Shown here: positions 1-7,645 of the stretch, piece by piece
Layout: each line of letters starts with the position of its first letter
Position numbering within the stretch: the first letter of the stretch is position 1
Source of the DNA: Patescibacteria group bacterium
Lineage (GTDB): Bacteria; Patescibacteriota; Minisyncoccia; Phycocordibacterales; VMEP01
Assembly: GCA_038064275.1 (NCBI GenBank)
Contig: JBBTTL010000005.1
Location: forward strand, 1-32,020
Reading direction: 5' to 3'
DNA: 32,020 bases
Notes under the pieces: model-generated
The model's input: the letters and a program-made list of their open reading frames with translations, nothing else
What the model was told of the DNA's origin: nothing
Databases searched by the model: none
Position numbers and translations under genes: made by a program

Positions 1-2
1 GC

Positions 3-206
3 GTCTCTCACGAGATTAGCGACGGTTTTGTGGTAGTGGTTCCGGCCGGCGCCAAGCATAACATTATCAATACCTCGTCAGATAAGGAGCTTAAATTATA
101 TACGCTTTATTCGCCGCCCAACCACAAAGACGGCACTGTTCACGCCACAAAATTGGACGCTATGTCCGACGAGAGTGAACATTTTGACGGTAAAACTACA
201 GAATAA
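3..206 (+). CDS. cupin-domain protein, C-terminal fragment (5' end outside window)
   Basis: Open frame from the window edge to TAA at 204-206. Translation ..VVVPAGAKHNIINTSSDKELKLYTLYSPPNHKDGTVH.. resembles a cupin_2 barrel core. Confidence 0.5.
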   Translation, partial: VSHEISDGFVVVVPAGAKHNIINTSSDKELKLYTLYSPPNHKDGTVHATKLDAMSDESEHFDGKTTE

Positions 207-233
207 ATAGACAAGATTAATTTTTATAAAAAT

Positions 234-995
234 ATGTTTGAATTAAAAGACAAAATTGCATTAGTTACCGGGGGTAGGCGCGGCATGGGTCGGACACACG
301 CTTTGGCTTTGGCAAAACAAGGCGCAAAAGTTGCTATTACCGACATTGACGTGAATGAATGCGCCTCCGTTGTTCAAGAAATAAAAGTCCAAGGCGGAGA
401 GGCAGCATGTTACAAAATGGACGTTTTAAGTAAGGCAGAGGTTGAGAAAGTTTTTGATGAAGTCATCAAACAATTCGGCCGTTTGGATATTTTGGTGAAC
501 AATGCCGGAATTTATTTCCCCAAGCCCGCGCTTGAACTTACCGAGGAAGATTGGGACAAAATGATTGGCATAAACCTCAGGGGTCAATTTTTTTGTGCCC
601 AGCGAGCGGCCAAAGAAATGACAAAAAACAAATGGGGTCGGATAATCAACATTGCTTCCGTTGCTTCCGGACAGGTGGGGGTCGGGATTGCCGGAGGGGC
701 GCACTACACGGCCTCAAAGGGCGGCATTATCGGCATGTCAGAAACACTCGCTATTGAATGGGCACCGTTAGGTATTACCGTCAATGCTATTGGTCCCGGC
801 GCCATTGATACTCCAATGGTACAAGCCGCGCAAATCCCGAAAGAAGCAATGAACGGTATGATGCAGAGAATTCCCCTTAAAAGAATTGGTAGACCGGAAG
901 AAGTTTCTGCCATGGTCGTGTTTTTGGCTTCGGAAGAATCAAGTTATGTTACCGGCGCGACATTTTACGTGGACGGTGGCTGGCTTGCGGCATAG
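234..995 (+). CDS. short-chain dehydrogenase/reductase (FabG-like oxidoreductase)
   Basis: 253 aa. TGGRRGMG dinucleotide-binding motif, NNAG, catalytic YTASK (Y-x3-K). Confidence 0.9.
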   Translation: MFELKDKIALVTGGRRGMGRTHALALAKQGAKVAITDIDVNECASVVQEIKVQGGEAACYKMDVLSKAEVEKVFDEVIKQFGRLDILVNNAGIYFPKPALELTEEDWDKMIGINLRGQFFCAQRAAKEMTKNKWGRIINIASVASGQVGVGIAGGAHYTASKGGIIGMSETLAIEWAPLGITVNAIGPGAIDTPMVQAAQIPKEAMNGMMQRIPLKRIGRPEEVSAMVVFLASEESSYVTGATFYVDGGWLAA

Positions 996-1012
996 TTTGT
1001 CTAATTAATTCT

Positions 1013-1044
1013 CCTATACACACCAATACTTTGGTGTGTATAGG
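1013..1044 (+). terminator. 12-bp perfect hairpin after the SDR gene (no U-tract)
   Basis: cctatacacacc-aatacttt-ggtgtgtatagg. Confidence 0.4.
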
Positions 1045-1079
1045 CAGAAGAAATCACAGCGGGATGTAAATTTTACACT

Positions 1080-1943
1080 ATGGCAAAAATTTTAGACGGA
1101 AAAATTGTACGAGATTTTATTGCCCGCAAACTGAAGCGGAAAATTTCTCGTTTGAAGAAAAAACCGCGGCTTATGATCATTCAGGTCGGCAAACGCAAAG
1201 AATCCAGTGCTTACATACGCCAGAAAAAACTTTTTGGACAAAAAATAGGCGCTTTGGTTTCGCACGAAGAATATCCGGAAAAGGTGGCGGAAAAAAAATT
1301 AATCGCTGAAATTCTGAAGTGGAACAGAGATAAAACCATACACGGAATAATCGTCCAGTTTCCGCTTCCGGCGCATCTTTCCAAGAGCCGGCTGCTTGAG
1401 GCCGTTGACCCCCGAAAAGACGTGGATGGAATGACGGCCAAAAATTTGAAAGGTTTGTGGATAGGGGATAGAAACAGTCTTATGCCCGCGACCACAAAGG
1501 GGATACTGGCTCTATTTGATTATTACAAAATTCCCGTTATGGGGAAAAAAGTTGTCGTAGTCGGCCGGTCGCTTTTGGTCGGCAAGCCCGTGGCCATGGC
1601 ATTTACAAATCGCCACGCCACCGTTGCCACCGTCTGCCACAGTCGGACAAAAAATTTAGAGGAGGTGACAAAAAAAGCCGACATTCTCGTTGTGGCCGTA
1701 GGTAAAATTAAATTAATTACGAAAAAACACGTTTCGGCGGGGCAAGTGATTATTGATGTCGGAATCAATATGACCTCTGATAAAAAATTAACCGGAGATG
1801 TTGATTTTGAAAATGTGAAAAAAATCGTGCGGGCCATAACCCCCGTACCGGGCGGAATCGGCCCCATGACGGTGGCTTCGTTATTTGAGAACCTCCTTTT
1901 GGCGTACGAATCGCAAAACCATAAAAAAATTAAGCGGAAATAG
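1080..1943 (+). CDS. folD: bifunctional methylenetetrahydrofolate dehydrogenase/methenyl-THF cyclohydrolase
   Basis: 287 aa. MAKILDGK N-terminus, IIVQFPLP, VVVVGRSLLVGKP and PVPGGIGPMT motifs typical of FolD. Confidence 0.93.
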   Translation: MAKILDGKIVRDFIARKLKRKISRLKKKPRLMIIQVGKRKESSAYIRQKKLFGQKIGALVSHEEYPEKVAEKKLIAEILKWNRDKTIHGIIVQFPLPAHLSKSRLLEAVDPRKDVDGMTAKNLKGLWIGDRNSLMPATTKGILALFDYYKIPVMGKKVVVVGRSLLVGKPVAMAFTNRHATVATVCHSRTKNLEEVTKKADILVVAVGKIKLITKKHVSAGQVIIDVGINMTSDKKLTGDVDFENVKKIVRAITPVPGGIGPMTVASLFENLLLAYESQNHKKIKRK

Positions 1944-1963
1944 ATTAAAAATAACAAAAATTT

Positions 1964-1981
1964 CCCGCGGCAAGCCGCGGG
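1964..1981. terminator. GC hairpin after folD
   Basis: cccgcggc-aa-gccgcggg, flanked by A/T runs. Confidence 0.35.
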
Positions 1982-1998
1982 GAAACCGACTGCGCGCA

Positions 1999-2089
1999 TT
2001 TTATTAGCGACATAGAGCGAGAGAAATATGAAAGCCCGCCTGCGCGTACACGCGGGCAGGTAATCTTTCATATTTCCGAGCCGAGAAGC
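1999..2089 (-). repeat. hairpin-bearing repeat element, antisense copy
   Basis: ttattagcgacatagagcgagagaaatatgaaag[nested GC hairpin]ctttcatatttccgagccgagaag is the reverse complement of the units at 22607-22784. Confidence 0.7.
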
Positions 2090-2146
2090 CAACAAAAGTT
2101 AATAATTTGCGGCTCTGCCGCGAGACCCGATAATTCTTCGGGGCGT

Positions 2147-2163
2147 ACCCCGAGGAACCTTTA
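2147..2163 (+). repeat. 17-mer CCCCGAGGAACCTTTAT, copy 1
   Basis: The same 17-mer occurs at 13411-13427 (1 mismatch) and in inverted orientation at 15294-15310. Confidence 0.6.
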
Positions 2164-2360
2164 TCGCCTCTACCCCTATAATATGACGGCCGTCACGTTA
2201 TAGGGTACAACATGGTTTAGTCATATTAGTTATAAACAAATAATCCCGCGCCGAAAGCGTGGGGGACTTTATACGCCCACAATAAGAAACCTCGCGACTT
2301 GCCTCAAGAGGTGGATTCTATACGTTTACAATGAACAAGCGTGTCGAGTTCCCGCACTAC

Positions 2361-2394
2361 ATACATATTTAATACTATAGTACTAAATATGTAT
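2361..2394. promoter_or_regulatory. 34-bp AT-rich palindrome upstream of the ZIP transporter (candidate metalloregulator operator)
   Basis: atacatatttaatact-at-agtactaaatatgtat: 16-nt arms with one mismatch, about 40 nt upstream of the -10 box. Confidence 0.4.
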
Positions 2395-2432
2395 ACACGG
2401 CTCCGCTTTCTCTTCCCGCGTCGCTTACTCAC

Positions 2433-2441
2433 TGGTATAAT
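2433..2441 (+). promoter_or_regulatory. extended -10 (TGgTATAAT), 8 nt before the ATG of the ZIP gene; no SD
   Basis: The ATG at 2450 follows the hexamer by 8 nt, which implies a leaderless or near-leaderless mRNA. Confidence 0.45.
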
Positions 2442-2449
2442 CAAACCAA

Positions 2450-3172
2450 ATGGCGATACTTTTCATTACTCTTACCTTTGTTTCCACTTTTTTAGGAGGC
2501 TTTTTGGCGCTTAAGTATCGGGACAAGCTTCATTTGGTTTTAGGTTTTACCGCCGGCGTGCTCTTGGGGGTGGTGGCTTTCAATCTTTTGCCGGAGATTA
2601 TTGAAAAAGTTGAAGAGCTTGGCACCGATCCGTTGTATCCGATGATTGCGCTAGTTTTGGGATTTTTCCTTTTTCATATTATTGAAAAGTGGATTTTGAT
2701 TCATCATTCGCAAGAAGAAGCATACAGTCCGCACAAGCATCCGACTGTGGGGGTTTTTTCGGCTTTGGCTATTGCCGGTCACTCGTTTTTGGATGGCATG
2801 GGTATTGGTCTTGGTTTTCAGATTTCACCGGAGGTGGGGACTCTGGTGGCGGTAGCCGTAATTTCCCACTCTTTCTCTGATGGCTTGAACACTGTTTCTT
2901 TGATGATTGCCAACGAAAACCCGGTGAGAAGAACCATCAAACTTCTTTCTCTCACTGCTATCGCTCCCGTACTGGGCGGTTTGTCCACATTATTTTTTAC
3001 CTTGCCAGAGAGCGCGCTTGTTCTCTTCCTTGGTTTTTTTGCCGGATTTTTCCTCTACATCGGGGCATCCGACATTTTACCCGAAGCTCATAGCAAAGAT
3101 TCGTCGTTTAAGACGATACTCGCCACGGTTTTGGGAACCCTTTTTATTTTCTTTGTAACGCGCCTCGTATAG
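2450..3172 (+). CDS. ZIP family divalent metal transporter (ZupT-like)
   Basis: 240 aa, multi-TM. His-rich loop HHSQEEAYSPHKH. HSFLDGMGIG and HSFSDGL ZIP signatures. Confidence 0.85.
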   Translation: MAILFITLTFVSTFLGGFLALKYRDKLHLVLGFTAGVLLGVVAFNLLPEIIEKVEELGTDPLYPMIALVLGFFLFHIIEKWILIHHSQEEAYSPHKHPTVGVFSALAIAGHSFLDGMGIGLGFQISPEVGTLVAVAVISHSFSDGLNTVSLMIANENPVRRTIKLLSLTAIAPVLGGLSTLFFTLPESALVLFLGFFAGFFLYIGASDILPEAHSKDSSFKTILATVLGTLFIFFVTRLV

Positions 3173-3227
3173 ATATATAATAGAATTAATGACGGATTAC
3201 TGCAGTAAACTAATAGAATAATTATTT

Positions 3228-3767
3228 ATGAAAACAGCAAATGTAGAGACGATAAATAAGGCTGATAGGTGTTTAGGGTGTTGCAACCGCCGATATTTAA
3301 AAATCGCGGCGAGGATATTTCTTTCGGCGTTATTCGTGATTATCGGCTTTACCAAACTTATGAACTTTGCCGGTACAGCCGCTTTTATAGGGGCGGCCGG
3401 ATTGCCAATACCCCAAGTGTTTACCGCCCTGGCCATTATTTTTGAACTCGGCGGCGGTTTGATGCTTCTTTTTGGTTTTAATAAACGCATCGCCGTTTCC
3501 ATGCTCATTATTTTTACCGTGATATCCACCGCGCTCTTCCATATCAAAAATCTGACCACGGACCAGCTTCAAATGATTATGTTCTTGAAGAATTTAGCCA
3601 TCGTGGGAGGCCTCATGGCGCTCTACGGAGGATGCGGTTCTTGTCATGGGGGCTCTCATAAATGCAAAGAAGGGGGTGAGGGTTGTAAAAATTGCGATGA
3701 AAAGCCGCGGTGGCTGGTTATAAAGCTAATTGAAACTTTAAAAATATGGAGAAAGAAACCCTTTTGA
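3228..3767 (+). CDS. DoxX family membrane protein with Cys/His-rich C-terminal tail
   Basis: 179 aa with four hydrophobic helices and a DoxX-like pattern (IFLSALFVIIGFTKL.., FELGGGLMLLFG). Tail GGCGSCHGGSHKCKEGGEGCKNCDEK at about 3627-3704. The start codon is uncertain. Confidence 0.7.
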   Translation: MKTANVETINKADRCLGCCNRRYLKIAARIFLSALFVIIGFTKLMNFAGTAAFIGAAGLPIPQVFTALAIIFELGGGLMLLFGFNKRIAVSMLIIFTVISTALFHIKNLTTDQLQMIMFLKNLAIVGGLMALYGGCGSCHGGSHKCKEGGEGCKNCDEKPRWLVIKLIETLKIWRKKPF

Positions 3768-4543
3768 CCAATAAGTATATTATTTATGCCGCGTTTTCTT
3801 TGCTTATCGCTGCATCGCTTTTTTTCGCCGCCAAGATTATCACTGAAATCAAATCATATAGATATATAGGGGGCGGAGTATTGGCAAGCAACGCCATTTC
3901 AGTCAGCGGAGAGGGTGAAGTGTTTGCGGTACCCGACATAGCCACGATAATTTTCTCGGCGGCAAGCCAAGGCAAGACCGTGGCCATGGCGCAGAAAGAA
4001 GCCAGCAAGAAAATTGATGCCGCTCTCGCGTTTTTGAAAAACTCCGGGATTTCCGACAAAGACATAAAAACGACAAACTACAGCGCCCATCCGCGCTATG
4101 AATACAATGAGGTGGTTTGTCTGTCTCTTAATTGTCCGCGTCCTGGCAAGCAAACTCTCGTCGGATATGACGTAATGCAGACTATTTCGGTGAAAGCAAG
4201 GGATACTGATAAGGTGGGCGCTATTCTTGAAGGCTTGGCCAAGGCGGGAATCACTGAAATATCGGGTCCAAATTTCTCAATTGATGACGAGGAAAAACTG
4301 AAAGCCGAAGCGAGGAAATACGCAATCGCCGATGCCAAGGAAAAAGCGGCCGCGCTTGCCGGCGACCTCGGGGTTTCTCTCGTGCGCATTATAAGTTTTT
4401 CCGAGGCGGGAAATTATCCGATTTATTACGCCAAAGCGCTTGAATCAGCCGGCGGAAACGGCGGGGATGTTCTGGCGCCCGAGATTCCGAAAGGGGAGAA
4501 TAAAATCAGCTCCAACGTAACCATTACTTATGAAATCAGGTAA
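3746..4543 (+). CDS. SIMPL/DUF541 family periplasmic protein
   Basis: 265 aa with an N-terminal TM anchor. GYDVMQTISVKARD and EARKYAIADAKEKA..ISSNVTITYEI resemble the SIMPL (26-kDa periplasmic antigen) family. Confidence 0.8.
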   Translation: MEKETLLTNKYIIYAAFSLLIAASLFFAAKIITEIKSYRYIGGGVLASNAISVSGEGEVFAVPDIATIIFSAASQGKTVAMAQKEASKKIDAALAFLKNSGISDKDIKTTNYSAHPRYEYNEVVCLSLNCPRPGKQTLVGYDVMQTISVKARDTDKVGAILEGLAKAGITEISGPNFSIDDEEKLKAEARKYAIADAKEKAAALAGDLGVSLVRIISFSEAGNYPIYYAKALESAGGNGGDVLAPEIPKGENKISSNVTITYEIR

Positions 4544-4551
4544 AAAACAAA

Positions 4552-4962
4552 ATGGGAAATCCGCTTGAAAATAGTTTTTTAGTGCAAGGGGAAGGAATGG
4601 AAGGAGTCGGGACCCCAAAAGAAAAAACAATCAACATAGAAGAAGAAATAGACGAGGCTATGCATAGATTGCAAGGTCTTTTGGATGAGGCGGTTACAAC
4701 ACTTGAAATGGTTTTTGAAAATAAGTTTATTGACGAGGGAGACAAAGAACGACTCTATGTTATTTTAGACAAAGCGGCAACGGAAGCGAACGATTTGATG
4801 AAAGATAAGAAAAGAGACGGCAATGAAATCCTGGAATTGTTGGCGGAAATATCCGAACGCGTTGATATTAATACCGGTATAAAAAATCAATTCAAAGATG
4901 GGAGCGAAAAAATAGAAACGTTTCTGGCCGGAGAAAAAAAAAGAAAGGAGGGAAAGAATTGA
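4552..4962 (+). CDS. hypothetical acidic, probably helical protein
   Basis: 136-aa ORF rich in E/D/K with no recognisable motif. An alternative start lies at 4597. Confidence 0.45.
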   Translation: MGNPLENSFLVQGEGMEGVGTPKEKTINIEEEIDEAMHRLQGLLDEAVTTLEMVFENKFIDEGDKERLYVILDKAATEANDLMKDKKRDGNEILELLAEISERVDINTGIKNQFKDGSEKIETFLAGEKKRKEGKN

Positions 4963-5066
4963 TTCCGAAGCTAGAGGACAGAGAGACGAGACGGTTGCCG
5001 GACCGCACCACCAAGAAGAGGGCGGCGGAGGACGGGCGGCTCATACATAAGAGAATTAGGGGATAA
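4959..5066 (+). CDS. possible 35-aa basic peptide (TTG start overlapping the upstream stop)
   Basis: AGGAGG at 4946-4951 sits 7 nt before TTG 4959. Translation LIPKLEDRETRRLPDRTTKKRAAEDGRLIHKRIRG. G+C-rich like the adjacent island. Too short to call firmly. Confidence 0.2.
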   Translation: MIPKLEDRETRRLPDRTTKKRAAEDGRLIHKRIRG

Positions 5067-5141
5067 TTTTTTTGGGACAGGAAATAGAGATTAAAAACGC
5101 CCAAGCCGCCGTGGACTAAGCGTTTTTCGCCGTGAGAAAAT

Positions 5142-5169
5142 TTGACAATTCACTGAAGAGGTGTATAGT
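5142..5169 (+). promoter_or_regulatory. sigma70-like promoter TTGACA-16-TATAGT
   Basis: -35 at 5142-5147 and -10 at 5164-5169, about 45 nt upstream of the TTG start at 5214. Confidence 0.5.
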
Positions 5170-5213
5170 GTTCATAGGATTTTTCACCTTCAACCAATAT
5201 TTGGAGAAAGACC

Positions 5214-5648
5214 TTGAATCTGAAAATAATTGTTTTTTTGCTGGCGTTACTGATTCCCTGGAGCGCATCCGTTGCTTGCGACACAAATCGCGCCGAATGG
5301 ATGCTGATTCACAACACCATCATCACGGGGCAATACCGCGACGTGTTACAGGAAGAAAAGGAATTGTTCGCAAAAACAAAGGAATGTTTCGCGGCGGCGG
5401 AGGGAGAAGAAACAGACAATGGTCACTGCAAAGCGTTCATGGGCGCCAGTATTGATGAAATCGGGCCCAAGAAGAAACAGCTCCTTCAGAAGTTTGAGAA
5501 AGAGGCGGAGGCCATTTGGCGCCTGGGTTGCGCGTCGCTATCCAAAATATCAGAGGAGGTGGAGTTAGCGATTGGGCGACTGAAAGAGTCGATTAAGGAT
5601 TTGGAAAAAACAAAGAGAAGGCTGGAAAGAAAGGAATTTCTAATATAA
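5214..5648 (+). CDS. hypothetical secreted protein or lipoprotein with 4 Cys
   Basis: TTG start with GGAG 7 nt upstream. Signal-peptide-like N-terminus MNLKIIVFLLALLIPWSASVAC. Has its own promoter and intrinsic terminator. Confidence 0.55.
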   Translation: MNLKIIVFLLALLIPWSASVACDTNRAEWMLIHNTIITGQYRDVLQEEKELFAKTKECFAAAEGEETDNGHCKAFMGASIDEIGPKKKQLLQKFEKEAEAIWRLGCASLSKISEEVELAIGRLKESIKDLEKTKRRLERKEFLI

Positions 5649-5660
5649 CCCAGCCCCCAC

Positions 5661-5690
5661 AAGCGCGGCACATGCCGCGCTTGATTTTTT
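5661..5690 (+). terminator. intrinsic terminator
   Basis: aagcgcggc-acat-gccgcgctt followed by gatttttt. Confidence 0.75.
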
Positions 5691-5709
5691 GTACCCTATT
5701 TACACGGGC

Positions 5710-5739
5710 TTGACAAACAGTCGCGTTTATGATTATAAT
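5710..5739 (+). promoter_or_regulatory. consensus sigma70 promoter TTGACA-18-TATAAT
   Basis: -35 at 5710-5715 and -10 at 5734-5739, which implies a 5' UTR of about 90 nt before the ATG at 5837. Confidence 0.6.
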
Positions 5740-5836
5740 ATAGGCAGAATTTTACGACTGTTTTTAGCACATTGAGAGAGAAGTTTTCTGAGGCGGGCGA
5801 TTTTTCCAACAACGTACGAACACACAGGAGGCTCCG

Positions 5837-7171
5837 ATGAGCAGAACAAAACAACACGGGAAAAACAAAGGGAAAGGAAAAAAAGGGGACCATGAGGGGC
5901 GGAAAAAACCGGCGGAGGATAAACCGAGGTATCGGAAACCGCCACGCGAGCGTGGTCCAAAACCGGACTACACGCCGAACGGCGTAGCTGTAGCGAAGGA
6001 GTTGATGTTCGTGTACAACACGAGCGCGCGGCAATTGCTCAACGGCACCATGGACAAGGAGAGGTATAAAATCGGCGACGCCGAGTTTGAGAAAGAAATG
6101 GTGCCGCCCTTCAGGGGCGCCCAAGAGAGTGATTTCCGTTGTGCCGTGAGATTCATCGGCGCGCCGGAAGGACACGAACTTCTTCTTTCTGGCGTGCAAC
6201 CGGGGACACACATTCTCGCCAGCACGCTTTCAAAGGAAGATTTCTTCTCCAGGGTGAAGAGCGTTGAGCTCCAAAGGTCGCTCGCCGCGCTTCACAAGTA
6301 CCTCCGAGGGCACTTGGCGGAAGCGAGCAAGGGGAAAGCAAAAGTCGCTAACCCCAAGCCCGTTGCCAACCACAAGGAAACGACCCCTCCTGTCGTATCA
6401 TCCGACCCGAAACTCATCTGGGACGGGAAGGAGGGGCTCGTGGAAATCGGGGGAATACGTTTCCGTGTTTCCACGGAGGAAGTGAAAGGGCACCCTTTCC
6501 GGGCAGCGCGAGTAGATTTTGCGCCGCAGGGAACGGAACTGGCCGACTTGAGCGGGGCAGACACGTATGTGCCGGTGTCAAGGCTTCACCGGCCGGAGTT
6601 TGTATCGCCCCTCCCAAAGGGAAGCAGGGGATGGGAGACACAAAAGCGCATCTGGAAGTTCCTCCGCGGCCAGTTCGCCAAGGCGGGAATTACCGGAGGG
6701 GCGGCGAAAGCCAAACCTGTTTCTGTTGTGGCAAAACCCAAGCCGAAAGCTAAGAATGTGGAAGACCCTTACAAGGGGTCAACCGATATCGGGCAACTCG
6801 TGTCCGGTTTCTATGGGTACTATGTGCTCGGGGAACATGGCGCGCGAGCACTCGTTCGCGTCAGAAGCCACATGAACAGGGAGAAAAGCAGAGAGCGTGT
6901 TGTCGTGGAGCTCGTCAAATGCGAAGCGGGAAATTTCCTCCGCGGGAAATGCGGGGCCAATACCCACATCCCGCACCCGTGGCTCAAGAAGGATCTTGAG
7001 CAGATAGAGATCAAGGATGGGCCCCGTGCTTCCGACATGACAATGCTGTATGTCTATCTGACGGGCGTCATTGACGTTTATCGGAAGGATGTGTATGCGC
7101 ATGTCGCCGCCACCAGAGGCAAAGGGAAACCCGTGGGTGGCATTCACCCAATGCCCGAAGCCATTCAATAA
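5837..7171 (+). CDS. orphan 444-aa basic protein with three internal repeats
   Basis: ATG preceded by AGGAGG (5826-5831), a consensus promoter upstream and a strong terminator downstream. High G+C. No family recognised. Confidence 0.7.
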   Translation: MSRTKQHGKNKGKGKKGDHEGRKKPAEDKPRYRKPPRERGPKPDYTPNGVAVAKELMFVYNTSARQLLNGTMDKERYKIGDAEFEKEMVPPFRGAQESDFRCAVRFIGAPEGHELLLSGVQPGTHILASTLSKEDFFSRVKSVELQRSLAALHKYLRGHLAEASKGKAKVANPKPVANHKETTPPVVSSDPKLIWDGKEGLVEIGGIRFRVSTEEVKGHPFRAARVDFAPQGTELADLSGADTYVPVSRLHRPEFVSPLPKGSRGWETQKRIWKFLRGQFAKAGITGGAAKAKPVSVVAKPKPKAKNVEDPYKGSTDIGQLVSGFYGYYVLGEHGARALVRVRSHMNREKSRERVVVELVKCEAGNFLRGKCGANTHIPHPWLKKDLEQIEIKDGPRASDMTMLYVYLTGVIDVYRKDVYAHVAATRGKGKPVGGIHPMPEAIQ

Positions 7172-7189
7172 CGCCACGCAATGTGGCAT

Positions 7190-7235
7190 AACCGCGCACG
7201 AACCCAGTTTGGTTCGTTGCGCGGTTTTCTTTTTG
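7190..7235 (+). terminator. intrinsic terminator of the 444-aa gene
   Basis: aaccgcgcacgaacc-cagttt-ggttcgttgcgcggtt followed by ttctttttg. Confidence 0.8.
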
Positions 7236-7250
7236 CCGGTTTTCTTCGCT

Positions 7251-7298
7251 TGACCCCGCAGTAGATCTGTCAGTAGGCAGATTCACTGCGGGGTTGAC
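7251..7298. other. nested imperfect hairpin
   Basis: accccgcagt..(atctg-tcagtagg-cagat)..actgcggggt. Confidence 0.4.
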
Positions 7299-7332
7299 TT
7301 CAAAAATGGACAAGTGTAGTATTCCATCAAAG

Positions 7333-7351
7333 CCCCGCGGGGTGTTTTTTT
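7333..7351 (+). terminator. short GC hairpin plus T7
   Basis: ccccgcgggg-tg-ttttttt. Confidence 0.55.
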
Positions 7352-7444
7352 AACCAAAATTTTTAACCGGCCTTTAGCGACTGGCGTTTAGGGAGAATTA
7401 GGTGAATTTGTCCTTTCTCTCTACGCTAATCGCTCAACACTAAT

Positions 7445-7627
7445 ATGAGCTTGATTGATTATTTACGCGAAACCAGAGGAGAATTGAAACACGTCAGCTG
7501 GCCTACCAGGCGGCAGACAATTGTCTTTACGCTGATTGTAATCGCTATCTCAATTATCGTTGCTTATTTATTGGGACTGCTTGATTTTTTGTTTCGTTTC
7601 GGACTGGAGAGGGTTTTGGTTAGGTAA
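7445..7627 (+). CDS. secE: preprotein translocase subunit SecE
   Basis: 60 aa. ELKHVSWPTRRQT followed by a single TM helix. Conserved position directly upstream of nusG. Confidence 0.85.
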   Translation: MSLIDYLRETRGELKHVSWPTRRQTIVFTLIVIAISIIVAYLLGLLDFLFRFGLERVLVR

Positions 7628-7645
7628 ACTAACTTTATACCAATA

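Noticed and set aside
1523-2095. 190-aa minus-strand ORF spanning the folD 3' half and the spacer
   Set aside because: Antisense to folD. It is extended only because the repeat-rich spacer lacks stops in that frame.
5132-5455. 107-aa ORF overlapping the 5214 ORF in another frame
   Set aside because: It has no SD and an Arg/Gly-rich nonsense-like translation. The 5214 frame has GGAG, a signal peptide and a terminator.
6779-7189. 136-aa minus-strand ORF, and the other ORFs (5696-6211, 6292-6564, 6567-6875 and others) overlapping the 444-aa gene
   Set aside because: High-G+C DNA gives long spurious frames. Only the plus-strand 5837-7171 frame has a promoter, an SD, a terminator and an internal repeat structure.
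7251-7298. Possible tRNA gene
   Set aside because: There is only an acceptor-like stem and one inner stem-loop. It has no D arm, T arm (GTTCRANYC) or correct length. No other tRNA-like sequence was seen in the window.
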